Source: Felis catus
Lineage: Eukaryota
Direction of reading: 5' to 3'
DNA: 64,000 bases
Assembly: GCF_018350175.1 (NCBI RefSeq)
Contig: NC_058368.1
Span: 5,580,001-5,644,000 of the forward strand
Below are positions 27,514 through 41,107 of the stretch, piece by piece (position 1 is the first letter of the stretch; every line of letters begins with the position of its first letter). Made by a program: the position numbers and the translations under genes. The notes under the pieces were generated by a model. That model made no database searches, was not told the DNA's origin, and worked only from the letters and a program-made list of their open reading frames with translations.

Positions 27514-28319
27514 CAAAGAAGCCAACAATTTTGGCAGTTGTCCCCTTGGCCCACACGCAGGGAGACACAGGGAATGGTGTGGACTGAGCACAATGGCTAT
27601 CTCCAGGCCCCTTCCCCTTCTTATCGAGACGTTGCACTCTGGTCCTAACTCCAAAGTGCTTGCCTTGGGACTCTCAGAAGAGTTGTAAGATGGTCATTTG
27701 CTTGTCTGCTTCCAAAAGAACTAGCGTGGCCCATTCTGCGGTAGGGGCAGGGGTTTTCCAATCCTAGAGTCATGATTATGTGCTTTGAGCTCGTGTCTTG
27801 TGGTTTGTGGCAGAATTGTTACAGTCAAGCTGTAGTCCATTATGTAGATCTATTCGTTCACCTCACGCAGCCTGTGTTGAAAAGCAGACAGACTCCCGAA
27901 AAGTTACTTTACCTGAGAGATAACACCAGATGAATTTCAGGTTCGTTTCTGCCGCCCTGCCTGCTTCCCTCAAATTTGGCAATTTGCCTAACAGCCAGCC
28001 AATGACATGAGTTTTTCCAGTTTGTGTTATCATCACCAATGCCGTTATTTCGTTGTGTTCAGTAAGCCCGCAGCATGGGGGTTTTCTTTTCATTGTGTTG
28101 TAAACATTAACCTATTGAGCGAACCTGTGTAAGACAAAATAAATTGCAAATATTAAGTATGTTTGGCAGAGAATTGTAGGAGACCATTGGAGTTCTTGTT
28201 CATCAGTTGACTTCCTCTAACAAATGAATATTTTAGAATGAATTTCTTAATTCTCACGATTAATGGGTAGCAAAAACGGTCGTACTGTTGCTCTTTAACC
28301 TCGTTCCCGTGATGCTGAC

Positions 28320-29300
28320 GTCCAAGGCACTGTGGTGGATGATGAGGGTGACAGGTAAATAAATCAACGTGGGTCTTACCATCAAAGAGTTTGTAGTCTG
28401 ATAAGGGAGACTGGATTCACACGTGGAAGCTTCTAGTACAAAGTAGAATATTATTGCCTCAAGTAAAATACACCTGGCGTGCTATGGGATTTTGGAGGGC
28501 TGAGAGAGAAATGCCTTTCATTTGGAATTGCTAGTGACCTGTTAGAGAGGACATTTAGGTTTAGCCTGAAAGTCCAAGCAGGATCGAGACACGTAGGCAT
28601 GGAAGGAAGAGCCGGATACAGTGGGGAATTTCAGGGCTGGTGTGGAAAGCTTCGAGGAGCTGATCCCTTCAAGGGTAGAAGACCGGAAAAGGTTTGAGAA
28701 GGTGGGTGAAAGCCGGACGGCACAGGGCTTTGCATGCGAGGTGAAGAAGTTGGGACTAAAGATGTTAAGTGAAGAGTCACGTAGAATTTAGATCAAGGAG
28801 AGTGTTATGATCAGAGCAATCTGGGGGGCGGGGGGGGGGGACGAACATGTGATGTCAGATAAGGTGAGTGGTAGAAGGAAAACCACTTGTGTCTCCAGGC
28901 GTCGCAGGGAGCGTTTCAGCAGAGTTAAACCCAGGAAATGGGAATGTGTCTAAGGAGGAGGGAGCCTGTGTTGAGAACTTCTGTATTCAGCAGAACCACG
29001 GCGTCTCTCTGATGTGCCCTGACCCCGGGAGTGCGCAGATATGAATCCCGCCTCTCTTACCCTCTGGCGGCTTGCAGAAGGTGGGAGCCGATGACCAGCA
29101 AGCACGTAAGGAACTGCTGAATGGCCAGAGTGCTGGGTGCTACGGGGACACAGCCTAGTCTGGTGGGTCGAGGAAAAGGCTCCTCCAAATAAATGACATC
29201 CATGTGTTTGAAAGTTGAGGAGGGGGTGGCCAAGTGGGGCAGGGGAGGTGTGGGGGAAGGTGGGGAGAAAGAGCATCCCTGGCCCAACCAGGCAAGCACG
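28320..29300 (-). mobile_element. Degenerate L2 fragments
   Basis: Purine-rich decayed motifs (aggcactgtg.., aggaaaaggctcctcc..tgtttgaaagttgagg) like antisense L2; discontinuous. Confidence 0.45.
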
Positions 29301-31330
29301 TGAGCACCCGCACAGGGCGTGGACACTATTTACCGGTGTGGGAGCCGGGGAGGGGGCGGGGACCTGGACTGCAGACTCTGTTCAGCCTCCGATGAGCATT
29401 TCAGGATGCTGGACAGTGAATGTCAGTAACCCCCCCTCCTTGTCTCCCAATCCTAATGCAATGATAATAGACCGAAGCACGTCTTCACGTATTTCCAGTG
29501 TTCCCTCCGGGGTGAGCAACGGCACCCACGGTCGAGACAGCTACAGCACAGAGGCGGCAGGAGTGGCTGGAACAGAGGGCAGAGAGGTTAGGTGAGGGTC
29601 GCGTCACGAAAACCCGGGTGGGCACTTTTCTCAGTGAGGGGTTGGAGGTGAGAAAACTGCTGTGTAGAAAAACACATGAGGGTTGGCAGGAAGATGGGGG
29701 TTTCTTTGGGCGTGGGTGCGGGTAGGGAGAGGAGAGTCAGTGGTGGCGATTCAGAAAGGTTGCAAGTTTGAGAAGATAAGGACTCTTGCCGGGATTACTG
29801 GTTCGTGTGTGCTGATTGGCAGTCTCAAATAGAAATGAGTTCCCGTGACACTTTGAATTTCCGCTTAGAGCAATGTTATCACCCAACCCCCAAAGACACC
29901 TGATCTGAGACAAATTAAGGCACTTCCAAGGCAGCTCGGATCCTGATCTGACAGAGGAGTCCCTCCTTCACCCCCAGGTCCTGCCTGAAGCGGTTCCTTG
30001 GACTCCTCCCTCCACCCAGGGCCTTAAAGGAGTTTTGCCTGACAGGCTAAGGTCCTAGAGTATTTCATTCCTGTCATCGACGCATGCTTCACGGATTATG
30101 TCACAAAGACAGTGGATTTTACTAGGGAGTTCTCTGTCCACCATCCGTGAAGAGAGGCACAGGTACATACCAGTGTTGTTCACTCTGGGCACGTAGTTGT
30201 TGGGAAGGAGTATTTTTTGAGAAGGTGTGAGCACACCATTCATTCCTTAGAAAGGTTCCAGGAATTTTGCTTTGCTTATGTCTGCGTGGTTTTGGATAGA
30301 CCTTTCAAAGCACTCCTTTGCTGATGGAGTTTGTGAGGACTCATTGCAAGTTTCAAAATAAAACTTTCCACTCCGGCAATTCAGCAAATCAGATTTCTTC
30401 CGACCATCACAGCCTTACGCTCAGTCCCGTGGCCCATCTGCAGCTCCCACGCTTTGATGTGAAAAGCGATTCTAGGTTAAAACCAGAGATGTCACCTTTG
30501 CAGGGACTGAAATTCACCAAGACCCTTGGTGCCAGGCCACACTCAGGTTTTCCGTTGGTGGATCCAGTCTGCATATTTGAGCAATCCTCCTTGAAGTGGA
30601 ATGTGGCTATTGGCAAAAGAAAGCAAAATCAGGTTTGACTTACCAAAAGGACATTTTCAGATTTTTCTTGATGAAATTTAAGCGGGGGGAGGGTGTGACG
30701 AGAAAGAGAATATACTTACCAGCCGAGAAAAATTCCTGAAACATTTCTCAATTCTTCACAGTCTCCACCCTGGAAATCACTCCCACTCCTTTTCGGAAGG
30801 AAAAGTACCACAGGGATACTTATTCCACTGGCATCATTAAGCAGCAAGGTCTTTTAAGATTTCTGGAAAAGGCTATTTTCTACTTTTTAATCAACGTGCT
30901 GCTGGAAGATCAGTTTTACAAACTGTGCACACGTATACCGTGAAACGTGACATACTTCTCTGCCTGTGGCATCATCGGGCCGTTTTCGCTTGAACTATTT
31001 ACGATCTACGCCCAGTACTGCAAAGTTGGCTCTGTCACGTAAATCCTAATGACTTGCCTTGCTTCCCCTTAAGCTGAGTGTGGGCAAGGCTGCCCTTGTT
31101 CTCTGGGCTCGCAACTTCTTAAACTCAATTATTCGTTCATTGAAAAGAAGGCGCTAAATGAGTCTGTTCTCTGTGCCAGGCCAGCACTGGTTTCTGGGCA
31201 TCCCGTAGGGAGCCAATATTGCTCTAATGTTCCCCTATCCTACCTGATGGCACTACATCCTGGACCAGTCAGGAGGGTGTTGCTACTGCAGTTTATTCAC
31301 AAAGTTTATCCACAAAATGCTGTATTTGCT

Positions 31331-31535
31331 TCTTTAAAAATTCTTTTAAAGTTTATTTGTTTATGAGAGAGGGAGAGAGGGGAGGAATGGGGGAGGGTCA
31401 GAGAGAGAGGGAGAGAGAGAATCCCACGCAGGCTCCACACGGCCAGCACGGAGTCCAGTGTGGGGCTCAAACTCACATGCCTGAGCCAGAACCAAGAGTC
31501 TCAGACGCTCAGCCGACTGAGCCACCCGGGCACCC
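31331..31535 (-). mobile_element. Carnivore SINE, older
   Basis: TSD acaaaaYgctgtattt (31312-31327 / 31536-31551). Confidence 0.92.
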
Positions 31536-31611
31536 ACAAAACGCTGTATTTTCAAGTAAGGGATGTGAAACAAGAAACCGATGTTTTGTTCCCCTTGAAG
31601 AGTCACGACTG

Positions 31612-31839
31612 GGGGCGCCTGGGTGGCGCAGTCGGTTAAGCGTCCGACTTCAGCCAGGTCACGATCTCGCGGTCCCTGAGTTCGAGCCCCACGTCAGGCT
31701 CTGGGCTGATGGCTCGGAGCCTGGAGCCTGTTTCCGATTCTGTGTCTCCCTCTCTCTCTGCCCCTCCCCCGTTCATGCTCTGTCTCTCTCTGTCCCAAAA
31801 ATAAATAAAAACGTGGAAAAAAAATTAAAAAAAAAAAAA
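31612..31839 (+). mobile_element. Young felid SINE (SINEC_Fc-like)
   Basis: Perfect TSD gagtcacgactg (31600-31611 / 31841-31852); few differences from 10616-10828. Confidence 0.96.
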
Positions 31840-32365
31840 GGAGTCACGACTGTGCTGAGCACAGGTTTTAAAAGATCTACGACACGTGAGAAAGATCCAG
31901 GGATGAACGTCAGATGCTAAGTGGGACGGAAAGGGGACTGGTAACCCTCCATATGTCCTCTGCCACCTGGAAACTTCTCTGAGTGGCCAGGGTAGCGGAG
32001 GATGTTCATAAGACCCTGAAGCATGTACGTGAAGTGAATGGGCCTTGCTCACTAAAATCTAGAAAAATGGAATGTGTTGGGAGCTTTTTAGATGTTTATA
32101 CAAATGAAACTACCACTTATAAATCTAAATAACTCATCACTAACCCAATCATAATATACTGAAAATAAAACCAAGTCTCCAAATTCAAATTCAGAACATT
32201 TTTTTTCCTGTTTGGGTTTGTCTTCAACCCAATGACCCATTGAGGGAAAGCTCAGACTTTGTCCTTTTATCTGTCGCACCGATGTTTGGAAACACAGAAT
32301 TGGGCTGGAGGCTCATTGTTGTCATTCAGTTAAATATTTCTTATGTTCTTAAATATTCGCTGTCT

Positions 32366-32590
32366 CTTTTTAAAACATATTTTTAAAGTTTTATTTATTT
32401 TGAGAGCGAGAGAGAGAGACAGCACAAGTGGGGGAGGAGCAGAGAGAGTGGAGAGAGGGAGAATCCCAAGCAGGCTCCACACTGACGGCATAGAGCCCCA
32501 TGCAGGGCTCGAACCCACAAACTGCTAGGTCGTGACCTGAGCTGAAATCAAGAGTTGGACAATTAACCAACTAGGCCACTCAGGCACCCC
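32366..32590 (-). mobile_element. Carnivore SINE
   Basis: T tail, AG segment, ..caggcacccc end. Confidence 0.92.
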
Positions 32591-32827
32591 TCAGTGTCCC
32601 TTCTAATAAACCCTGTGTTACATGTATTTGAAACAGTTGGGTTTGGTGTAATGCTTGTAAGAAGCGTGAGCCAGAGTCCCAGATTTCACGAACCCTTATA
32701 ACTTTATCAGGAAGTTGAATTGAAGTGCGTTAGCAAGGGTGGGAATAGACTGTAACAACCCCCAGATCTTAGAGGCGTAACCCATTAAAAGCTTATTTCT
32801 TAGTCGTGTCACCATCAAATGGAGGAG

Positions 32828-33632
32828 TGCATTGGGCATATTTTCTTTTCTTTGATTTTTTTATTTTTGAGGGAGAGGGAAAGTGTGCATGCACAAACAG
32901 GGGAGGGACAGAGAGAGAGGAAGGGAGAGAGAGAGGATCTGAAGTGGGCTCTGTGCTGACAGCAGAGAGCCTGATGCAGGGCTCAGACTCCGGAACCATG
33001 AGGTCATGACCTGAGCCGAAGTCGGGCGCTTAACCAACTGAGCCACCCAGGCACGCTGAGCGTATTTTCTCATTTTCCATGTTTTTGATGCTCTGATGAC
33101 TGGGGCCTTGATCCTGAAGAGACCATCCTTCCCAGGGCTACCTAGTTCCTAGAGAGAGCAAAGGACTCCCTTGCAACAATGTCTCTGATACTCAGATCAA
33201 GTAGTCCAGAGCCCACACCCCCAACCATCTAATCTATTAACTTTTACATACCAAGCAATATTCTCCCTGCCCTGAATCACCCCGGGGCCAGATACCAGAC
33301 AACTAGGGATCACCCCTATAACCCAGAGTCTGCTGAAATTATTCACACCATCCAGTCCTAAGCTTACACAGCATACCTGCCCTGCCTTGCCCATTCCATC
33401 CCCCAAAAACCCCAGTAAAGGCTCTGGACCATGCTCTCCCCTTTCGTCGCCTTCCTCCTGACTGACCCTGGTGCTTCCCCGTGTGGCCCTGCGTGGCATC
33501 CATGGCTCCTGTTTCTAAGGATGTAAGCATGAACTTCCTTCTGTAAGCATGAACTTCCTTCACGACATCGTTTCCATGTCTGCATAGCTTACCATACCTC
33601 ATTAAAACAAATTCTGGGTGCGTTTCAATGCA
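32828..33632 (+). mobile_element. ERVL-class solo LTR (MER54/MER73/MER74 group)
   Basis: Diagnostic blocks ccagacaactaggga..cccctata and gaccctggtgcttccccgtgtggccctgcgtggc; TG..CA ends with candidate 5-bp TSD aggag/agggg. Confidence 0.75.
32846..33056 (-). mobile_element. Feliform SINE inserted near the 5' end of an LTR
   Basis: Degenerate TSD gggcatattttct/gagcgtattttct. Confidence 0.92.
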
Positions 33633-36600
33633 AGGGGGCAAGGGGACTCCACATCATGACCCCTGAGTTCACCCTCAGCCTTAACATCGGCAGGGTAGAG
33701 AGCCAGGAGAGGGAGTGGTTTCTCCTGAGCATCTCTGGAATCTCCTGCTCATGTGTGATTGGCACAGACTAGTCACAGGCCCTCCCTAGGTATGAGGGGC
33801 TAGGGAGTGCTATTTAGCTGTGCACCCGAGAATAAGGCACAAGTCTGTGGCCTTTGACTTTGACATTCAAGTTTGCTTTCCATCGTTTTTACCACCTTTT
33901 TTTTTCTTAACTACCTTTTTGAAATCCATTTTTAGTAAACAACAGTGAAAAACACATTAAAACTTGAGTTTCATCCTTAACTTTCTCCGTCAGTAATGGC
34001 AGTAGAGAGGAGAAAATCCAGCAAAAGGCTTATATAACCAGGAACTTAACCCAGCACTGGTTATGAATGTAATTATAATCACTAACACTTGTATAAACTC
34101 TACCTTCTGTAAACTCTTTCCAATATTTTATACCACTCTTTACCGAGAAAGGAAAAAATAAATTTTCTCTTCACGAATACATAGCATTGGAAGCAGAAAA
34201 GAATAGTTTCAGTCACAGAGCCGGCAGTCAAGGTATTTGAGCAGGGTGAGTTCTGAAAGTTTGTAAATCAGTGAGTTGACATTTGAGATACATCTTCACT
34301 TTCAATACTGTACTAATCTAGTAGTACCTGGTTGGGGAGTACCTCCTCGAAACGTCTAGAGTCTTGAGAGGCCCAAAGAGCAAGATGGGGTAACGATACC
34401 CTGTTAATATTCTGGAATAAGGGCTCCTGGAAGTTCTGAAGCCAAAGGGCGGGGAGAGGGAAAGCAAGAGAAACTTGGCATCCGACCTTCAGCCAAAATT
34501 CTTGGCAGGTGCCTTGTCGTCAAGGGAATGGTGCCCCCCACCTCCGTTCTCCCTACTGAGTCATAATGTGCGTGAGGTGCCTGGGATTTCTAATTCAGGT
34601 GTTCCACAGATTCTTACGACATTAAAAATGCACATATAAATTCACCATCTGTTTTCTTGATTATTAAATCCTGTCTTCCCTGACTGTACGGGACCGTGCT
34701 ATAACTTTGTCTTCAGATTTGCTTTTTGTCAGAGCCATTTCTGGATACGTTCTTGTGGTTTAATGATGTAATGCTTTTAACAAGCTTTTAATTGAAATGG
34801 CATCTTTATAAAATGTCACCAACCTAGCCCTTTGAAACACTCTGAAGTAAGTTCCTTGATCATTCTGTCTGCTTAGAAAATGAGACATACTTTCCTTACA
34901 AATCACGGGTTTTCCCACAAATATTTTCAAAGAGGTTCTTGCATGCAGCATTTCTGGGCTGTCGCTACTGATGTGGAGAGTCCGTGTGGTTTTGTCTCAA
35001 CGGTCCACAATAGTCTGTTTTAGTGACTATTTCTAAACCACACTTGGCTGATCTTACACTACGTTGGCCCCTGGATCCGACCAGATATTGCAAATAGTGT
35101 CAGTCTGGAAGAACAGTGTCACCCACTGCTGTGGGCCAATGGATCCTGAAGCCCCAGTGTGATATCGGCCTTTAAGAGAATGGGCTAACTCTACCCGGGA
35201 CAGTGTCTCCAACTCCGTCACTTAATGTTTAACCCTTTTGATGCATATAGTAAACCCCATCGTTCTAGTAGGCTTTATGTCACATGTAGCCACAGTAAAA
35301 TCATTCTAAATCTTTCCTCTTCTTTTAGGTTCTCCACTCTATGGAAATCTTCCAATGGGTTTTGGGGAGAGGCGAGCCTCGCCTCTCCCATTTCATCTCT
35401 CACCCGGGTGAATTTGATCCCCGGTTTGCAAAAGGCTGACTGGTCCCAGTTTAGTTACATGCCAGCTGTTCTGGTGCCGTAGGGAGCTGAATCCTTCTTG
35501 CTGCCACCCCTGCTCGGCTAAGCCTTCGTGTGCCGATAATGATGGCTTTCTGGTGGGAAGTGCACCGCCGTCCTGCTGGTGAAGATAGGGAAACAAAGGT
35601 TTGGGGAGCTTACGTCGCTCCGCGTGCACTCTTGACAGATCTCTCATGTTAGGGACCTTTTGAGAGCCTTGCGTGGTTCGGGCCCTGCCCACCTCATCAT
35701 TCCGGCGCACGCCATCATGGCCCCATGCCCACCCTGCACGGCTCACCCCTCACCCCCCCGGGCGGGAGTCTGCCTCCATGCCCCTCTGCAGGCTCATTTC
35801 CTTTTGCCCTTTCCCCTCTCACCGCCCCCTTCCTCCCAAATAGCCATCCACCCCACCCCATGCTGCTCTGCCTGAAGTGGTGTTCTCACCGCCATTTCCA
35901 CAGACGGTGGCCAAATGATGTTCTGAAGGCTGGCTTGGGGACCTCAACCACTCACCTGGGCTTGGGGGTTACTTTCTCCCTTTAAAAAAATCACTGCAGA
36001 TGTTAAGTATCTGACTGAAATAAAAACAGCCAAACGACAGGAAAGATGTTTTCCTGAGTGGGTTGTTGGGGTCCTAACAGTGCTCTTCGGTTTCAGCAAC
36101 GTGGGAAGAAATAGTTTGTCAGCAGCGTGCTTCAGGAATAAACCGGACAGTCGAAATGGGCTTTTCCACCCTCGAATTATCAGCAAGCCATAGCTTATTG
36201 ATGCGTTCATTCGCAAATGATTTCTTAGGACTTCTCGTCTCTTCTTCAGTACGTTATTGGCAAGATTTAACAAAGAACAATGCCCACAGGTATTTGCCTC
36301 TAACGCGGTTGAAATAAAACCCGGACGAGAACGATCCATTCCATGGGAATTTCCCCAGCAGGGTGTACAGAGCAGTGTCTTGTGACTTATCTAAAGGATG
36401 CTATCTTCTTTGAGGCTTTTGGCGTGTCCCAGAATTCTCCAGTTGGCTTAGGAGTTTCTCCTTCAAGGAATAAATTACTCCCAGATGGTAATCCATTTTG
36501 ACCGAGGCGGGAGATACTGTTTCCTCGGAAAACGAAGATGCACGCTGACTTATCCTTCCAAACTAATGAACAGAAACAGAAGGTTTATCCTGTCTCGTCT

Positions 36601-37068
36601 AAAAGTCACTTTTAGTGTATTCAGATCACCTCAAGTATAAACATTTAATGCCAGGGAGCATTTCACTTTCTTGACGGTGGAAATTAATGCCTCACCAGAC
36701 TCTGGAAGCTACAGTTGGAAAATGTCTTTTAGTTTTCCCTCTTTTTCTCTCCGTGCCGCGTTGCCAGCAGAGCGTTGAGTAGTCCTAAGGGGCTCCATGG
36801 AGGCGCCGTCCTCGTAAGTGAGCTCTCAGTCCTACAGGTAACCACAGTCCGCCCCCGTTTGAAGGCCATCAGGGATCGGGTGTTGCATGCTTTGTGCGGA
36901 AGTCTCCCACTGTTTGTGCCCATCGGTCGGGGGAACAGTTGGGTGTCACTGCCTTCTTTCCACAGTCTGACTGGAGAGAAGAGGGTTCTCCCAGGTGAGA
37001 CACTGCTTCAGAGTCTATTCTGTATACTTCTGGGTATTTCCAGTTCCTCTTTTGCCTGACTTCCAACG

Positions 37069-37268
37069 CTGTGGTTCTCAGTCTGGGCGATTTTGTCCCC
37101 GGGGGACATTTGGCAACGGCTGGAGAAAGTTTCCGTTGTCAGCTAGTGACTGGGTGCTCCTGGCATCCAGGCAAGCCGCCAAACATCCTGCGATGCTCAG
37201 GACAGTCCCGCGCAACAAAGAATTACCTGGAAAAATGTCAGTAGTGAGTGCCAAGGTTGAGAAACTTG
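37069..37268 (+). mobile_element. MER20 (hAT-Charlie)
   Basis: tggttctca..gcgattttgtcccc..gggacatttggcaa..aaagaattac..aggttgagaaac matches recalled MER20. Confidence 0.88.
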
Positions 37269-37559
37269 GGACTGATGCAGTGTGCACCCTAACTCAGGTT
37301 TCAGGGGTTTCCTGCTGCTCCCCAGGTTTGCACATGCGTTTACTTCCATTTGTGGCCCAGAATTCCCGTCCTAGGAATCTAATTTTCTGTCCTCCTCAAT
37401 TCTCTCCTGAAAGTTCTTCCCATTAGGTGCTGGTACTTCAAAGGAGTCCTTTGTAATGTTTTTCCCTCTTAAAATTGTTTCCTTTTATTCTCTGGGATCC
37501 ATTTTTCTAGCTCAGTAAGGAAAACAAACTTATTTGCAGTTTGTTGCAAAGTGGGTGAT

Positions 37560-37785
37560 CTTTTTCATGTCACTCGACTTCTCTTTGCTGCCCTAGTTTT
37601 CTCGTCTGAAACATGAAGGTAATGATATTATTTCCTACAGTTGTTAGAATATCAAAGGAATATCACGTATGTCAGTATTACATATTAGTAACACTAATAA
37701 TTACGCGTTACTATTACGTATATTGGCAAGCATACGAATATATGTAAAGTGCTCAAAACCGTGCCGGTCATATAGTGGGTAACAT
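37560..37785. mobile_element. MIR-like remnant with AT-rich interruption
   Basis: agttttctcgtctgaaacatgaaggtaatgata ... tgtaaagtgctcaaaaccgtgcc, like the MIR core. Confidence 0.5.
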
Positions 37786-38570
37786 GTTCTCTCCTTTCAT
37801 TGCAGAATTTCTTACCATGCTTTACAGTGTTCTCTTTATGTCTATAAAATATGAAACACGTTCTAAGCCCTTCATGTTAGACCAATGCTTTGAATGTTTA
37901 ATTTCTTTTAGTACATGAATCAGCCAACATTTGAAACACTAGTACTAAAAGGAAATTCAAAGAGTTGTCGAACCATAATTGTGAACTTTGATTGTCAGGT
38001 TGGTCTCACACCTCTTCTAACTTTTCCATCTGGTCGGCATGGACTCTGAACTCCGTTAGGGCTTAGTGTAGGTTGAACTTCAGGGAACTCGGGTCTTTGT
38101 TGTCCATTCATTTACCCGTAGACTGCGACAAGGAAATCCACCTTGACCTAAATTGAACAGGAAGAAGCTCTGAAACTCTCAGTTTCCACCATTACCTACC
38201 TGGGGCTGATGTAGCACCTAAGAATGCAGACCTTATAGTCTTTGAATTTCTATCTTAGAGGAATCTGGGTGACAATTCAATCGTCATCATCGGTATCTGG
38301 CATAAAATCCCCAGTTTATAGATGGGGAAACTGAGACTTAGAAGCTAACCTTTTAAAGAACATAAATAACAGCAGAGCTGGAACAAGAGAGTGGGGCTAT
38401 ATGGTCTTCTAATGCTCATTGCTGGGATTTTTTTTCCCACTAACCTTGACTCCCTTCTCACCACCTCATTTTTCTCAACATGCTTTTGTTTCTTCCTCAA
38501 TAGCATTATGTGTCTTTGCTATCTGTTCTTCCTATTGTGACTTTAAGATGTTGACCACTTGGTGGGGGTG

Positions 38571-38700
38571 GGGTGCGTGTCTGGGTGGCTCAGTCGGTTG
38601 AGCATCCACTTATTGATTTTGGCTCAGGTCATGATCTAGCAGTTCATGGGATTGAGCCGTGAGTCCGTTTCCGTGCTGACAGCACGGAGCCTGCTTGGGA

Positions 38701-38771
<71 letters not shown>

Positions 38772-38830
38772 CCCCCTCCACTGCTTGCATTCTCTCTCTC
38801 TCAAAATAAATAAACATTTAAGAACAAAGG
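38571..38830 (+). mobile_element. Carnivore SINE with about 62-nt pure (CT)n microsatellite (38707-38769)
   Basis: Head, CT expansion, tail; TSD core tgaYcacttggt. Confidence 0.93.
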
Positions 38831-39109
38831 AAGGAAGGAAGGGGGAAAATACTGATCACTTGGTACCAAATTTTAATGTGTCACTCTTTTTATCAGCATT
38901 CCTACATTAATGTGACCAGAACCAGTGTTCTCCATCTCAAGTAAATGATTATCACCGTTGGCCTAGGTACTCAGGCAAAAACCTGAAATCACCCTTGATT
39001 CCTCATGTTTTTTTCCACCCCACCAAGTCCTAAATCCTGTCATTTATACCTTCAAAATATGTGCCAATTCCTATCGCTTCTTTCCACCTCCAACATAACC
39101 ACTCTGGCC

Positions 39110-39245
39110 TGCAATGTCCAATAGAACTCTCTGGACAGTAGTGATGCTCTGTATTCCCTTCTGTCCGACATAGCAATCACTAGCCACCTGCGACCACTGA
39201 GCATTTGAAATGTAGCTAAGTGTATCTGAAGAACTGAATTGTTTT
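39110..39245 (+). mobile_element. MER3-like (hAT-Charlie) fragment
   Basis: tgtccaatagaact..cactagccac..tgagcatttgaaatgtagcta..gaactgaatt. Confidence 0.7.
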
Positions 39246-39610
39246 TAATAACAGCTTTTCAATACATAATTTACCTACAATTCACCCAAATGCTATGGTG
39301 TTTAATATATTCAAATAGTTATGCAACTGTCACCTTAAGCAATGTTTGAGCATTTTAGCCTCCCCCAAAAGAAACCCCATACCTGTGAGCAGTTACTTTT
39401 CATTTACCCCCCTAAAAAACCCACCTCCTGTCAGTCACTAATCTACTTTCTGTCCCTATAGACTGGCCCATTCTGAACAGCTCAGGAAGTACAATCCTAC
39501 AATAGATGGCCTTTTGTGACTGGCTTTCTTTCACTTAGCACGAGATTTTCAAGGTTCACCCACGTTATAGCATATTTCAGTAGTTTATTCCTATTTATTG
39601 CCCAATAATG
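39246..39610 (-). mobile_element. L1MB-like 3' end, antisense
   Basis: actaatctactttctgtccctataga..ttttgtgactggcttt..tcacttagca..ttttcaaggttca. Confidence 0.8.
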
Positions 39611-40604
39611 GAATAGTAGGTGTTTTGACATCTTTCCTTCCTTTTAATGAAATTCTGCCTAAGTGTCAAGTCTCTCCCCTACGCTTCGAGATCATTCCTT
39701 CGTAAGTCTGTAGCCATCCCTCTGTGGATACCTCCTATGTTCCCCAACAGCTGTCCCTTAGTTTAGATGTCTATAATGCAGCCCATAATGTCACTTTACA
39801 GTTCGTCTTCCCTTATATCCACAAATTTACCTATCTAGAATCAGGAGAAAGGCCATGCCCTGGAGCTTGGTGTAGGGCCCCACGAGCCCCAGATTCTGCC
39901 TATGATGCTACTCAACCCTTTTGGTGTTTTAGGAAACTGAACAGATCTTGAATCTTTCATGAGAGTCAGATTCCTCGAAGCAGATGTGTAAATCAGCAAG
40001 CCCAAATATGTATGGCAGCCACTGGGCTGGAAATTTGAACACAAAAATCCCTATATACTTGGCCTGTAGGCCACAGATCTAAATTTGAGTATAGAAGGAC
40101 ATAAGAGGAGATTGGCAGTGGCATCCAAAGAAACCATTCCTGATGTTGAAACAGCCTTCAACCCCTCAGGATAATAACCAGACTTTTCACAGCAGGCAAG
40201 TTAGACAGTTCTATTAGAGTTCAGCCTCACTGATTGTTTTATCCATTGTGATAGTCATCCCCGAAAAGAAAAAAAGTGGAAAAGATTTTGAAAAAATTGA
40301 AGCTTCAAAACCCTCATTGTATTTTCTAGATGTCTCTCCTTGGATTGTTCACATTCCTCCAATTGATAGACTTCACGCGGTTGCATATGAGAACATGAGT
40401 AGTGAATTCTGAGTTCAGTAATCATGAATTGATTTGTATTCATGTAATTATCTTCCTTTATTGGCCTGTAATTCCAACTTAGCAGAAATTAAAAATGCAG
40501 AGTAAGAGAACACTCAAAAAAAGTCTAATGCTGGCGTTCAAAAAGATAGACTATTATGTCCTTACTCTTCCCTGTGTTTAACCCAACAAAGGGACATTTT
40601 AATC

Positions 40605-40840
40605 TTTTTTTTTTTTTTTTTAATTTTTTTTTCAACGGTTTTTATTTATTTTTGGGACAGAGAGAGACAGAGCATGAACGGGGGAGGGGCAGAGAGAGAG
40701 AGGGAGACACAGAATCGGAAACAGGCTCCAGGCTCCGAGCCATCAGCCCAGAGCCCGACGCGGGGCTCGAACTCACGGACCGCGAGATCGTGACCTGGAT
40801 GAAGTCGGACGCTTAACCGACTGCGCCACCCAGGCGCCCC
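40605..40840 (-). mobile_element. Young felid SINE (SINEC_Fc-like)
   Basis: Near-identical to 7509-7731; short TSD aatcttt; long T tail. Confidence 0.96.
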
Positions 40841-41107
40841 CAATCTTTATAAAAATGTAAATGTCAGTGCAGTTCAAGTGTTTGGTTCAGTATGTTGGAA
40901 ACCTGATTTTGTTTGCTTCATTTGGAGAAAATATCAGATGAAAAAACTCACCGTTAGAAGTAGGAGGCATTAGAATCACAGATGACGCAATTTTTGAAAT
41001 TCCCTTACGATTTAATAAATGTTTCCAAAGTTCTGTTTTTGTGTTCTGAACGAGACAGATTGCAGTGCTCTTCCCCAGAAGTTAGTAATAACTTCTTTGT
41101 TTTTCAG

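Noticed and set aside
31357..31920. 187-aa ORF
   Set aside because: Runs across two adjacent SINEs; the same peptide fragments recur in other SINE ORFs (10603, 14152, 40646, 48862, 49012).
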